DNA of 31,447 nucleotides. Source: Pseudomonadota bacterium (lineage in GTDB: Bacteria > Bdellovibrionota_B > Oligoflexia > Oligoflexales > CAIYRB01). Location of the stretch: positions 1 through 31,447 of the forward strand of contig JAYVWD010000125.1 in the NCBI GenBank assembly GCA_043786345.1. The letters run 5' to 3'. Made by a program: the position numbers and the translations under genes. Of this stretch, positions 15,848-26,103 are shown piece by piece. A model generated the notes under the pieces. The model was not told the origin of the DNA, ran no database searches, and saw only the letters and a list, made by a program, of their open reading frames with translations. Positions within the stretch are counted from its first letter, which is position 1. Each line of letters begins with the position of its first letter.

Positions 15848-17017
15848 TCAGCCGCCGCGGCGGAGCGACGCCGCCCTCTTGTGCAGGCCGAGGTTGTCGC
15901 GGTCCACGGACACCAGGAGTCCGAGGGCCGCGCTTACCATGAGCATGATCGTGCCCCCGTAGGTGAACAAGGGCAGCGGGATCCCGACGATCGGGAACAT
16001 CCGGAGCACCATCGCGATGTTGATCGCGCACTCGAAGAAGATGAAGGCCGCGAGCCCCACCGCGAGCAGGGCGCTGAACGTGTCCTTCGCCTGGCGCGCG
16101 ATCTCGAGCGCGACGTAGGCGATCGCCGCGAACAGCAGCACCAGCACGACCGCCCCCCGGAAGCCGTGCTCCTCGGCGAATACGGCGAAGGCGAAGTCCG
16201 TGTGCGACATCGGCAGGAACGAGAGCTGCGTCTGCGTCCCCTGCATGAACCCCTTGCCGTTGAGCCCGCCGCTGCCGATCGCGACGAGCGACTGCAAGGC
16301 GTTGTAGCCGGAGCCTTTGAGGTCGTTGTCGTGGTCGAGGAAGTTGACGATCCGCGCCCGCTGGTAGTCACGGAGGACGAAAAACCACAGGATCGGCGCG
16401 CACGCCGCCACCATGGTCGTGACGATCGCGATCGATTTTTTGTCGAGGCGCATGAAGCAGATCTGAGTCGCCGCGATGATCAGGCAGATCCCGGCCGTCC
16501 CGAAGTCCGGCTGCGGCATGATCAGCCCGAAGATCACGCCCACCATGGCCAGCAGCGGCCACAGGTCCCGGATCCGGTACGGGTGATTGAGCTTCGACAC
16601 GTTGAAGAAGCGCGCGCAGATCACCGCGACGATGATCTTGGCCGGCTCCGAGGGCTGAAGCCCCATGAAACCCAGGTTGAGCCAGCGCTGCGCCCCGAGC
16701 CCGACGCGGCCGAGCACCAGCACGGCGACGAGCAGCGCGCAGACGAGCCCGTAGAGCCAGTAGGCGTACGCCTGCAGGTGCCGCGGCTGCACGACCCAGC
16801 CGCAGAAGACGAACAGCACGAAGCCGAGCGCGATGTGCTTGAGCTGCGTGTAGAACAGCGCGCCGCCGGCGCTGCCGCTATAAAGGTTGATCGTCCCGAG
16901 CACCAGCCCGACGATCCACAGCACGATCAGGATCCGGGTGTTGATCGATTTCTTCTCGCGGATCTCGCCTGTGGGAATGAGGGAGATGCCGTCCTTGCCG
17001 TCAGTTATTGCGGACAT
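15848..17017 (-). CDS. rodA: Rod shape-determining SEDS transglycosylase RodA
   Basis: Polytopic membrane protein with GAQRW, QPSE.AK, QPDFGTA, YQ..RI, GSGG..GKG, HTDFAFAV.AEE.GF and G.PLP..TYGG motifs. Confidence 0.97.
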   Translation of the reverse strand: MSAITDGKDGISLIPTGEIREKKSINTRILIVLWIVGLVLGTINLYSGSAGGALFYTQLKHIALGFVLFVFCGWVVQPRHLQAYAYWLYGLVCALLVAVLVLGRVGLGAQRWLNLGFMGLQPSEPAKIIVAVICARFFNVSKLNHPYRIRDLWPLLAMVGVIFGLIMPQPDFGTAGICLIIAATQICFMRLDKKSIAIVTTMVAACAPILWFFVLRDYQRARIVNFLDHDNDLKGSGYNALQSLVAIGSGGLNGKGFMQGTQTQLSFLPMSHTDFAFAVFAEEHGFRGAVVLVLLFAAIAYVALEIARQAKDTFSALLAVGLAAFIFFECAINIAMVLRMFPIVGIPLPLFTYGGTIMLMVSAALGLLVSVDRDNLGLHKRAASLRRGG

Positions 17018-18941
17018 CGCGCCCTCCCTTGGTGCTCTCGTCTTTCACAGCTATGCGGCCCTGGGCCGCCGCCAGGCCGCGCTTTTTCTTCATGTCGAAG
17101 TAGGCGTTGAGGATCTTGCCGGCGATCGGGCCCGCCGAGGCGCCCCCGCCGCTCTTCACGTCGTGCTCGGAGACGATCGCGATCGCGATCTCGGGGGCCT
17201 CGGTCGGCGCGAAGGCGGTGAACATCGCGTGCTCGCGCCACTCCATGCTGACGTTGGCCTGCTTTTTCCCCTGGTTTTTGCTCAATGAAACGACCTGGAC
17301 CGAGCCCGACTTGCCGGCGACCGAGATGCCGGGGACCTGCGCCTTGTTGCCGGTGCCTTCCTTGTCCATCACGACGGCGGTCAGGCCTTCCTTGACGGCG
17401 CGCCAGGTGTCCTTGCGGATCGCGGTCAGGTTGCGCAGGAGCTCCGGCTCCTCGGTGAGCACCGTCTCGCCGATGCGGTTGACGATGCGCTTCACGACGT
17501 GGGGGCGGAATTGCTTGCCGTCGTTGGCGATCGTCGCATAGAGCGAGGCCATCTGCATCGGGGTCATATTGATCGCGCCCTGGCCGATCGCGACGCTCGG
17601 CGTCTCGCCCGCCGTCCACGGCAGGCGCAGCGTGAGCTTCTTCCACGCGGTCGTCGGGACCAGGCCCGGCATCTCCATGTTGAGGCCGACGCCGAGCTTG
17701 GCGCCGAGCCCGAACATCTGCGCGTACTTGGCGATGCGGTCGACGCCGAGCTCGACGCCGACGTTGTAGAAGAAGACGTCGCACGACTTCATCAGCGCGC
17801 GCCGGAGGTTGACCGTGCCGTGGCCGCTGTGCTGGTGGCACTGGAAGACGCGCCCGCCGAGGGTGTAATGGCCCGGGCAGAAGAAGGTGGAATTCTGATT
17901 GATGACGCCCTCCTCCAGCCCGGCGATGGCGACGACGGCCTTGTAGGTCGAGCCCGGCATGAAGACGCCGCCGGTGGTCTTGTCGAGGAAGGGCTTGAAC
18001 GGGTTCGCGACGAGCGACCGGTACTTTTCCTCGGAGAGCCCGTTCTGGTAGACGTTCGGGTCGTAGCCCGGCTCGCTCACCATGGCGAGGATCTCGCCGT
18101 TGCGCGGGTCGATGGCGACAACGGCGCCGTTCTTGCCTTTGAAGGCGTCGCGCGCGACGGTCTGCAGGTCCAGGTCGATCGAGAGCACCAGGTCGGAGCC
18201 GGGCACGGCCGGTACCTCGGGCAGCGAGGTCGCGCCCTTCTCGAGCGAGTCGATCTGCCGGCCGAACGCGTCCACCTGGATCAAGCGGTTGCCGCGGGTG
18301 CCGCGCAGGTGCCGCTCCCAGCGCGCCTCGAGCCCCTGCTTCCCGATCAGGTCGCCGGCGCGGTAGGGGTTGTCCGGGGTCTCGTCGTTGTTCTGCAGGA
18401 TCTCTTTCTTGCCGATTTCGCCGAGGTAGCCGACCATGTGCGACGGCGTCACCGGCTTGTAGTCGCGCCGCGGCGCCTGGGCCACGTCGATCCCTGGTAA
18501 AAATATTTTGTTTGATTCGATGGTCGCCACTTCGTGCAGCGAGAGGTTGCGCTTCAGGTTGACGGGCAGAAATTTTGCCTGTCCTTTCACCATGTTGAGA
18601 CGCCGCTCGAAGATGCTGACGGGGACGTGCAGGAGCCGCGAGAGGATCTTGAAGGTCTGGTCGGTGTCCTTCACGAACTGCGGGATGTAGACCAGGTCGA
18701 AGTACGGGCGGTTGCCGAGGACGACCTGCCCGTCGCGGTCGTAGATGATCCCGCGCGGCGCTGGGATCTCGATGTACTGGATCCGGTTGTTCTCCGAGAT
18801 CTCGCGGTAGTACTCGCCCTTGTAGATCTGCACGTACCAGAGCCGCAGCAGCAGCGTCGACACGATGGTGATGACGACGATGTTGGCCCACAGAAAGCGG
18901 GACTCGACGACGCGCAGATTTTCCTGGAAGAGCCGCCGCAT
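17001..18941 (-). CDS. mrdA: Penicillin-binding protein 2 (class B transpeptidase)
   Basis: RL.Y.QI, PAPRG.IYDR.G dimerisation domain. Active-site motifs STYK, SCD and KSG. Located in the mre operon. Confidence 0.97.
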   Translation of the reverse strand: MRRLFQENLRVVESRFLWANIVVITIVSTLLLRLWYVQIYKGEYYREISENNRIQYIEIPAPRGIIYDRDGQVVLGNRPYFDLVYIPQFVKDTDQTFKILSRLLHVPVSIFERRLNMVKGQAKFLPVNLKRNLSLHEVATIESNKIFLPGIDVAQAPRRDYKPVTPSHMVGYLGEIGKKEILQNNDETPDNPYRAGDLIGKQGLEARWERHLRGTRGNRLIQVDAFGRQIDSLEKGATSLPEVPAVPGSDLVLSIDLDLQTVARDAFKGKNGAVVAIDPRNGEILAMVSEPGYDPNVYQNGLSEEKYRSLVANPFKPFLDKTTGGVFMPGSTYKAVVAIAGLEEGVINQNSTFFCPGHYTLGGRVFQCHQHSGHGTVNLRRALMKSCDVFFYNVGVELGVDRIAKYAQMFGLGAKLGVGLNMEMPGLVPTTAWKKLTLRLPWTAGETPSVAIGQGAINMTPMQMASLYATIANDGKQFRPHVVKRIVNRIGETVLTEEPELLRNLTAIRKDTWRAVKEGLTAVVMDKEGTGNKAQVPGISVAGKSGSVQVVSLSKNQGKKQANVSMEWREHAMFTAFAPTEAPEIAIAIVSEHDVKSGGGASAGPIAGKILNAYFDMKKKRGLAAAQGRIAVKDESTKGGRDVRNN

Positions 18942-18942
18942 G

Positions 18943-19521
18943 TCAGTGCCGCCCCTCCGACCAGGGCTCGTCCCGGATGATGCGCTTCGCCATCAGGAGG
19001 CCCGCGAGCGTCGACGTCAGCAGGCGCAGGCCCTGCTTCGCCAGGTGCATCGGGTCGAAGCGCACGGCGCCTTCGTTGACGCCGGACACGAAGGACTCGA
19101 AGATCATCACCCAGAGCTCCGACAAGGCGAGCGTCACGAGCCAGGGGAAGATGTGGCGCCACGAGAGCGTCGACCGCGTCAGGTGCAGCACCACCGCGAT
19201 GATCCAGTAGGCGCAGATGTAGAGCCCCGCCGGCGCCGCCGAATGGGTCTCGAGGATCAGCGCGGCGCAGCCGCCGAGGATGGCCGCGCGCGGCAGCGAG
19301 GCGACGACGAAGGTCGCGACGATCCACGGCGTCATCAGGTCGATGACGAAGAGGTGGCGGGTGAACGACGGCAACACCGTGTGGTGTACGGCGCCGATCA
19401 CGAGCAGGTAGACCAGGTCGAGCCAGAGCCGCCGCGTGTAGGGCCGCGGGATCAGGAAGTGGCCGAAGGTGGCCATGCCACCGCGCAGGCGCGTGAGGTT
19501 CTGAGCGGCGGGCGTGGTCAC
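18943..19521 (-). CDS. mreD: MreD-like membrane protein (divergent)
   Basis: About 5-6 hydrophobic segments, positioned between mreC and mrdA. Start uncertain (GTG 19521 or ATG 19476). Confidence 0.7.
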   Translation of the reverse strand: MTTPAAQNLTRLRGGMATFGHFLIPRPYTRRLWLDLVYLLVIGAVHHTVLPSFTRHLFVIDLMTPWIVATFVVASLPRAAILGGCAALILETHSAAPAGLYICAYWIIAVVLHLTRSTLSWRHIFPWLVTLALSELWVMIFESFVSGVNEGAVRFDPMHLAKQGLRLLTSTLAGLLMAKRIIRDEPWSEGRH

Positions 19522-19524
19522 CGG

Positions 19525-20415
19525 TCAGCCGCCCCCCGGCTTGGCCGTCGCCTGGTCGAGCCACTCGGGGCCCGCCGTCTCGACGATCTTAGCGAGCTCC
19601 TTGTCCTCGTTGAAGATCACCATCACCTCTTCGAGGCGCCGGTGGTCGATCCACGGCTCGACGGTGATCGTCTGCGCGACGTTGTCGGACTCATAGGTGA
19701 TGCGCATGACCCGGCCGACCGGCAGGCCCTTCGGGAAGCCGCCGACGATGCCGGAGGTGATCAGCGTGTCGCCGATCCGGATCTCGACGCGCTTGTTGAG
19801 CTGGAGGGTGCAGTGCGTCCGCGCCGCGCCGGAGAGGACGCCGCGTACGCGCGTCCGCTGCAGCAGCACGTCGATGTGAAAGTCGGAGTCGACGAGCAGC
19901 TGCACGTCGGCGAAGTGCGAGCCGCTGCGGATCACCTTGCCGACGATGCCGTCGGCCGCGACGACCGGCATGCCGACCTTGACGCCGTCGTCGATCCCGC
20001 GCGTGACGCGGATCGACTGGAAGGGCGAGTCGTCGTTGTGGCCGACGACCTCGGCGGCGATCAGGCGCTTCTCGGAGCGGCTCCGGAAGCCGAGGAGGCG
20101 GCGCAGGCGGTCGTTCTCGAGGACCTGCTCCTCATAATCCATGATGCGGCTCTGCATGCCGGCGAGCTTCGTGCGCAGCTTCTGGTTTTCGTCCGAGGCG
20201 CCGCTGACGTCGACGTAGCGGTCCCACGAGCCGCTCATGCCCGCGGTCACGCCGTGCCAGGCGCGCTCGAGGGGATAGAGGGCGTTTTGCAGCATGACCA
20301 CCGCGGGGTTGGCGCTCTGCCAAGATTTGAGGGGCGACGAGAAGAAGATGAACGGCGACAGGATCGCGCTGACGATCAGCGCCACCAGGGCCAGGCGTTT
20401 GTAGCGGTCGCTCAT
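19525..20415 (-). CDS. mreC: Rod shape-determining protein MreC
   Basis: N-terminal TM, coiled coil (ENQKLR, ENDRLRRLL), A.VVG, G..DGV..GMPVV..GIVG.V, GD.L.TSG..G.FP.GLPVG. Confidence 0.96.
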   Translation of the reverse strand: MSDRYKRLALVALIVSAILSPFIFFSSPLKSWQSANPAVVMLQNALYPLERAWHGVTAGMSGSWDRYVDVSGASDENQKLRTKLAGMQSRIMDYEEQVLENDRLRRLLGFRSRSEKRLIAAEVVGHNDDSPFQSIRVTRGIDDGVKVGMPVVAADGIVGKVIRSGSHFADVQLLVDSDFHIDVLLQRTRVRGVLSGAARTHCTLQLNKRVEIRIGDTLITSGIVGGFPKGLPVGRVMRITYESDNVAQTITVEPWIDHRRLEEVMVIFNEDKELAKIVETAGPEWLDQATAKPGGG

Positions 20416-20441
20416 GATGGTCCGTCAGGCGCGTGCGGGCG

Positions 20442-21491
<1,050 letters not shown>

Positions 21492-21681
21492 TTAACTAAG
21501 CGGAACAATAGATAAATAAACCCATTGCAGGCGCGGCGAGCAGGGGTTCTGGGAAGATGACGTCATTGGCCTTGATGGTCATTAGCACGGCCCGGCAGAT
21601 CGTGCTACAGGTTAAGGATTGGTTGTTGTAGATTTGAATTCTTCTGCTTGCTCGATAAATCAAGACGAAAGGATGCCGCGG

Positions 21682-23265
21682 ATGCTCCGTTGGAAGGACA
21701 AGACGCTCGAGGGTGGTCTCGACAAAGACAAACTCCAGAAGAACACCCTGACGTACGGCGTCCTCCTCGCGGCCCTCGGTGCGATGACATTCTTCGGCGT
21801 CTGCGACCCGACGCGCGGCCGCCTGCGCGGCTCGGGCGGCGGCATCTCCGGATCGGCCGGCGAAGTGGGCGGCGAGATCATCAGCCGCGCCGAGTTCAAC
21901 CGCGCGTATCGTATGTCTTATGACCGCTACCAGAAGCAGTTCGGCGAGCAGTTCAACCCCGGCCAGCTGCGCCTCGCTCATAATGTCATGAAAGAGCTCG
22001 TCGACGACCGCGCCTTGTATCTCAAGGCCGTCGACTTGGGCCTCAAGGCCTCGGACGAGGAGGTCCTCGGCCTCCTCAAGAACGAATTTCACGGCGAAGA
22101 CGGCAAGTTCTCCGAAACCGTGTTCGAGAGCTTCCTCACCGGCCAGGGCTATACCGAAGCGTCATTCATGGAAGAAGTCCGCCGCAGCGTCACCGTCCAG
22201 AAGATGCGCCGCTTCGTGACCGAGACCGCCATCGTGTCCACCAAGGCCGCCGAGATCGACTACAAGCTCAATGAGACCAAGCTCGACATCGAGTACCTCA
22301 AGTACGACCCCCAGAAGGTGACGCTGACCGTCACGCCGGCCGAAGTGCAGAAGTACCTGGCCGACGCCGCCACCAAGGCGAAGGTCAAGGAGTATTACGA
22401 CCAGAACGCCAAGGAATTCAACCAGGCCGAGCAGGTCAAGGCGCGCCACATCCTGATCCAATACAAGGGCTCGCGCAACGCCACCCCCGAGGCCGCGAAG
22501 CGCACGAAGGAGGAAGCCAAGAAGAAGGCCGAGGACCTCGTCGCCAAGGTCAAGGCCCCGGGCGCCGACTTCGCCGAGCTCGCCAAGCAGAATACCGACG
22601 AGCCCCAGGGCAAGACCTCGGGCGGTGACCTGGGCTTTTTCGCCAAGGAAGCGATGGTCCCGGAATTCAGCGACGCCGCCTTCAAGATGGCCAAGGGCGA
22701 CGTGTCCGGCGTCGTCGAGACGCCCTTCGGCTTCCACGTGATCAAGGTCGAGGACAAGAAGGCGGCCGTTTCGACCAAGCTCGAAGACGCCGAAAAGAAG
22801 ATCGCCGAGACGCTCATCGGCAAAGAGAAGCGGCCGCTCCTCGCGAAAGAGCAGGCCGACAAGGCCCTCGCCGCCCTCAAAGAGAAAAAGACGGTCGACG
22901 GCGCCACCTGGGCCGCGACCGGCGAGCTCCCGGCGAACACCAAGTACCTCCCTGGCATCGGCTCCTCGAAGGAAGTGAGCGACGCGGTCTCGGGCCTGCG
23001 CGCCGTCGGCGACGTGTCGCCCACCGTGCTCGACGTCCGCGGCAACTACTACATCGTACGCCTCAAGTCGAAAAAAGAGCCGGACATGACCAAGTTCGAC
23101 AAGGAAAAGCAACGGGAGCTGACGGCAAGCGCCAGCTTCACCGAGGGCTACCAGCTCTTCAGCCTCTGGGAAAAGCAGATCCGCGACGAGATGGAAAAGA
23201 AGCAGAAGATCTGGATGAACCCGGATTACCTGGCTTTGGACGACCGCGGGGCGGAAAAGGGCTGA
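21682..23265 (+). CDS. ppiD: PpiD/SurA-like periplasmic chaperone with parvulin-type PPIase domain
   Basis: N-terminal TM, SurA-N-like region (GEIISRAEF...), ARHILI, GGDLGFF, ETPFGFHVIKV. The ATG at 21682 is best spaced from GAAAGGA; alternative ATG at 21673. Confidence 0.85.
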   Translation: MLRWKDKTLEGGLDKDKLQKNTLTYGVLLAALGAMTFFGVCDPTRGRLRGSGGGISGSAGEVGGEIISRAEFNRAYRMSYDRYQKQFGEQFNPGQLRLAHNVMKELVDDRALYLKAVDLGLKASDEEVLGLLKNEFHGEDGKFSETVFESFLTGQGYTEASFMEEVRRSVTVQKMRRFVTETAIVSTKAAEIDYKLNETKLDIEYLKYDPQKVTLTVTPAEVQKYLADAATKAKVKEYYDQNAKEFNQAEQVKARHILIQYKGSRNATPEAAKRTKEEAKKKAEDLVAKVKAPGADFAELAKQNTDEPQGKTSGGDLGFFAKEAMVPEFSDAAFKMAKGDVSGVVETPFGFHVIKVEDKKAAVSTKLEDAEKKIAETLIGKEKRPLLAKEQADKALAALKEKKTVDGATWAATGELPANTKYLPGIGSSKEVSDAVSGLRAVGDVSPTVLDVRGNYYIVRLKSKKEPDMTKFDKEKQRELTASASFTEGYQLFSLWEKQIRDEMEKKQKIWMNPDYLALDDRGAEKG

Positions 23266-23295
23266 CGTCCCGTCAGCCCTAAGCGGGCGGTAGCC

Positions 23296-24195
23296 GTGCG
23301 CATCCTGATCGTAAAGAAGACCACGAATTTCGAGCTGCACGGGCCCGCCGTGGAGGAACGCGTCGCCCAGGGCCGCGTGTCCCCGGACGCGATCCTGCGG
23401 CTCAAGCGCGCGCACTCCGAGCACTACGCGACCTTGGCCCGCATGGCAAAGGCCCTCGCGACGAGCCAGCTCGACTACGAGATCGTGAGCCGCGACGACG
23501 AGCGGAGCCAGACCTCCACCGAAGGCTATGATGCCGTCGTCACGGTCGGCGGCGACGGCACGCTGCTCGCCGCCTCGCATTACCTGGCGGGCGACACCGT
23601 CCTCTTCGGCGTGCGCTCGTCCGAGTCGAGCGTCGGCTATCTGTGCTGCGCCGGCCCCGACGACCCCGAGCGCCTCATCGCGACGATCGCCCAAGGCGGC
23701 CAGAGGACCTTGCGCGTCGAGCGCCTGCACGCCGTCGTGCGCCAGGCCGAGACCGGCCTCGAGGTCAAGACCGCGCCGATCCTCAACGACTTTCTGTTCA
23801 CCAACGCCAACCCCGCCGCGACGACGCGGTATCGCCTCAATTTCAAGGACCAGGCCGAGGTCCACCGCTCGAGCGGCATCTGGATCGCGACCGGCGTCGG
23901 CAGCACCGCGGCGATCCTGGCGGCGGGCGGCACCATGCGGCCGAAGGACGATTCCCTCTTCCAGTTCCGCGTCCGTGAGCTCTACAAGCTGAGCCGCCCG
24001 ACGCCGATGATCGACGGCGCGATCTTCGATCCGGCGCGCGCGCCGCTCCTCATCGAAAACCGCTGCCCCCAGGCGCTGCTCGCGATGGACGGCCAGCACG
24101 GCGTCATGGAGCTCAAGTACGGCGACACCGTGCGCTTCGAACGCGCTCCGCCGGTGCGCCTCGTGATGCCCCTCGGCGGCGCGCCGTTCGCATGA
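23296..24195 (+). CDS. nadK: NAD(H) kinase
   Basis: GGDGT motif, LND, SSGIWIATGVGSTA, DG motif near the C-terminus. Confidence 0.9.
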   Translation: MRILIVKKTTNFELHGPAVEERVAQGRVSPDAILRLKRAHSEHYATLARMAKALATSQLDYEIVSRDDERSQTSTEGYDAVVTVGGDGTLLAASHYLAGDTVLFGVRSSESSVGYLCCAGPDDPERLIATIAQGGQRTLRVERLHAVVRQAETGLEVKTAPILNDFLFTNANPAATTRYRLNFKDQAEVHRSSGIWIATGVGSTAAILAAGGTMRPKDDSLFQFRVRELYKLSRPTPMIDGAIFDPARAPLLIENRCPQALLAMDGQHGVMELKYGDTVRFERAPPVRLVMPLGGAPFA

Positions 24196-25025
24196 GCCTT
24201 CTCGAGCGGCACCTCGAGCTCCTGCCGGCGGCGCGGATCTCGCCCTGGCGCAAGCTCGCGATCGGGTCGTGGCGGATGGCGAAGGACCCGAGCGTTTACG
24301 GCGCGCTCGAGGTCGACGTCACGCGCGCCCTGGCCTTCACCCAACGGCTGTCGAAGGAAAGCGGCGTGCGCGTGACGCTCACGCACTTCACGGGCCGCGC
24401 CGTGGCCGCGGCGTTCGGCCGGCATCCCGAGATCAACGCCCTGCTGCGTTTTGGCCGGATTTACCCGCGAAAACACGTGTCGCTCTTCTTCCAGGTCGCG
24501 ACCGACGCCGCCGGCGAGGACCTCTCGGGCGTCACGATCAAGGAAGCCGAGGGGAAATCGACGGTCGACCTCGCGCGCGAGATGGCCGCCAAAGTCGCGC
24601 GCGTCCGCGACGGCAGCGACGCGAGCTACGCCCGCATGAAGGGCCTCATGGGCGCCTTGCCGGGCGTCCTCGCGGGCCTCGTGCTCGATTTCGCCGGCTT
24701 CGTGCAGTTCGTGCTCAACCTCTGGACGCCGCTCTTCGGGACGCCGAAGGACCCGCTCGGGAGCGTGATGATCACGAACACGGGCAGCCTCGGGCTGGAG
24801 TTCGCGCTCGCGCCGCTGGTGATGTATTCGCGCACCCCGATGGTGCTGACCATCGGCGCCGTGCGGGACAGGGTCCTCGCCGTGAACGGCGCGCCGGCGG
24901 TGCGCAAGGCGGCGATGCTCGGGGTCACCTTCGACCACCGGCTGATCGACGGCGTGCATGCGGCCCGGCTCGCGGGCGCCTTGAAGGCCGCCTTCGCGGA
25001 CCCGGAAGGCGTGCTCGGCGAATGA
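24192..25025 (+). CDS. Stand-alone 2-oxoacid dehydrogenase E2-type acyltransferase catalytic domain
   Basis: VDVT, HPEINA, ITNTGSLG and TFDHRLIDG catalytic motifs. No lipoyl or peripheral-subunit-binding domain. ATGA overlap with the NAD kinase stop. Confidence 0.88.
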   Translation: MSLLERHLELLPAARISPWRKLAIGSWRMAKDPSVYGALEVDVTRALAFTQRLSKESGVRVTLTHFTGRAVAAAFGRHPEINALLRFGRIYPRKHVSLFFQVATDAAGEDLSGVTIKEAEGKSTVDLAREMAAKVARVRDGSDASYARMKGLMGALPGVLAGLVLDFAGFVQFVLNLWTPLFGTPKDPLGSVMITNTGSLGLEFALAPLVMYSRTPMVLTIGAVRDRVLAVNGAPAVRKAAMLGVTFDHRLIDGVHAARLAGALKAAFADPEGVLGE

Positions 25026-25059
25026 GGCCTCCGGCCCTGGGGGCTTTACAGCGGCGCGC

Positions 25060-25085
25060 CATTTATGTAAGCACTTACATAAATG
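25060..25085. promoter_or_regulatory. Perfect 12-bp inverted repeat CATTTATGTAAG-CA-CTTACATAAATG; probable MarR operator
   Basis: AT-rich palindrome in a GC-rich genome, 18 bp upstream of the MarR-GNAT start and just downstream of a TTTACA -35-like hexamer (25045-25050). Confidence 0.8.
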
Positions 25086-25103
25086 CTTTCGGAGGACCGG
25101 AAC

Positions 25104-26051
25104 ATGGATCAAATTCACCTCTTGGGCAGCCTCGCGCTGGGCAGCCGCCTCAAACGTCTGAGCGACCGCTTCATGACCGAGGGCGCCGAGATCTACAAGG
25201 CCGCCGCCGTCCCCTTCGAGCCCCGTTGGTTCCCCCTTTTCTCCCTGCTCGCCGAGCGCGGCCCGCTGGCGATCGGCGAGGCCGCCGAGGCCCTCGGCCT
25301 GTCGCACGCCGCCGTCAGCCAGACGGCGCGCGGCATGGTGGAGCGCGGCGTCCTGAGCACCGCCAAAGACCGGGGCGACGAGCGCCGGACCAAGATCGAG
25401 CTCTCGGCCGCGGGCCGCGCCCTCATCCCCCGCCTCCGGCCGCTCTGGGACGCGATCCGCGCCGCCGTCGACGAGTTGTCGCAGGCGACCGGCACCGACG
25501 TCCTGTCGACCCTGAGCCGCCTCGAGCGCGCGATGGACACCGAGAACCTCGCCGAGCGCACGGCCCGCCGGCTCGCCGTGGCGGCGCTCGGCGCCGTCGA
25601 GATCCTCGAGTATGCGCCGCGTTTCAAGGACCACTTCCGCGCCCTTAACACCGAGTGGATCGAGCGGTTCTTCGTCCTCGAGCGGGCCGACGAGGAGCTC
25701 TTCGCCGACCCCGAGGGCCTTATTTTGCGGCCCGGCGGGGCGATCCTCTTCGCCGCCGTCGCCGGCGAAGTCGTCGGCACGGTCGCGCTCTTGCGGCGTG
25801 ACGCCGGCCGCGTCGAGCTGGCGAAGATGGCCGTGAGCCCTGCGGCGCAAGGCCGCCAGATCGGCAAGAAGCTGATGCTCGCCGCCCTGGCCAAGGCCCG
25901 GACCTTGGGCGCGACCTCGGTCTATCTGGAGACGAACGACGCCCTGACGCCGGCGGTCAACCTTTACCGGCGCGTCGGATTCACCCCCGATCCGAACGCT
26001 CCCGCCGGTAAATATGCGCGCGTGAACCTCACCATGAGTTTGAGTCTCTAG
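25104..26051 (+). CDS. Bifunctional MarR-family winged-HTH regulator / GNAT acetyltransferase
   Basis: LGSRLKRLSD, RWFP.F..L, LSHAAVSQ, D.RR..I.LS.AG (MarR) and LN.EWI...F, ELAKMAV.P..QG..IG..L, A..LY..GF (GNAT). ATG at 25104 after GGAGGA. Confidence 0.93.
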   Translation: MDQIHLLGSLALGSRLKRLSDRFMTEGAEIYKAAAVPFEPRWFPLFSLLAERGPLAIGEAAEALGLSHAAVSQTARGMVERGVLSTAKDRGDERRTKIELSAAGRALIPRLRPLWDAIRAAVDELSQATGTDVLSTLSRLERAMDTENLAERTARRLAVAALGAVEILEYAPRFKDHFRALNTEWIERFFVLERADEELFADPEGLILRPGGAILFAAVAGEVVGTVALLRRDAGRVELAKMAVSPAAQGRQIGKKLMLAALAKARTLGATSVYLETNDALTPAVNLYRRVGFTPDPNAPAGKYARVNLTMSLSL

Positions 26052-26103
26052 CCCCGGTCTGGTATTTCTGGGGTCCCCTTGTTTCCTGAAAGGAGCTGCG
26101 AAG

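Noticed and set aside
17001-18941. PBP2 third motif KSG instead of KTG, and SxD second motif
   Set aside because: Both are known natural variants in class B PBPs. No evidence of inactivation.
21496-22092. 198-aa minus-strand ORF spanning the mreB-ppiD intergenic region
   Set aside because: Mostly antisense to ppiD, with no SD or motif.
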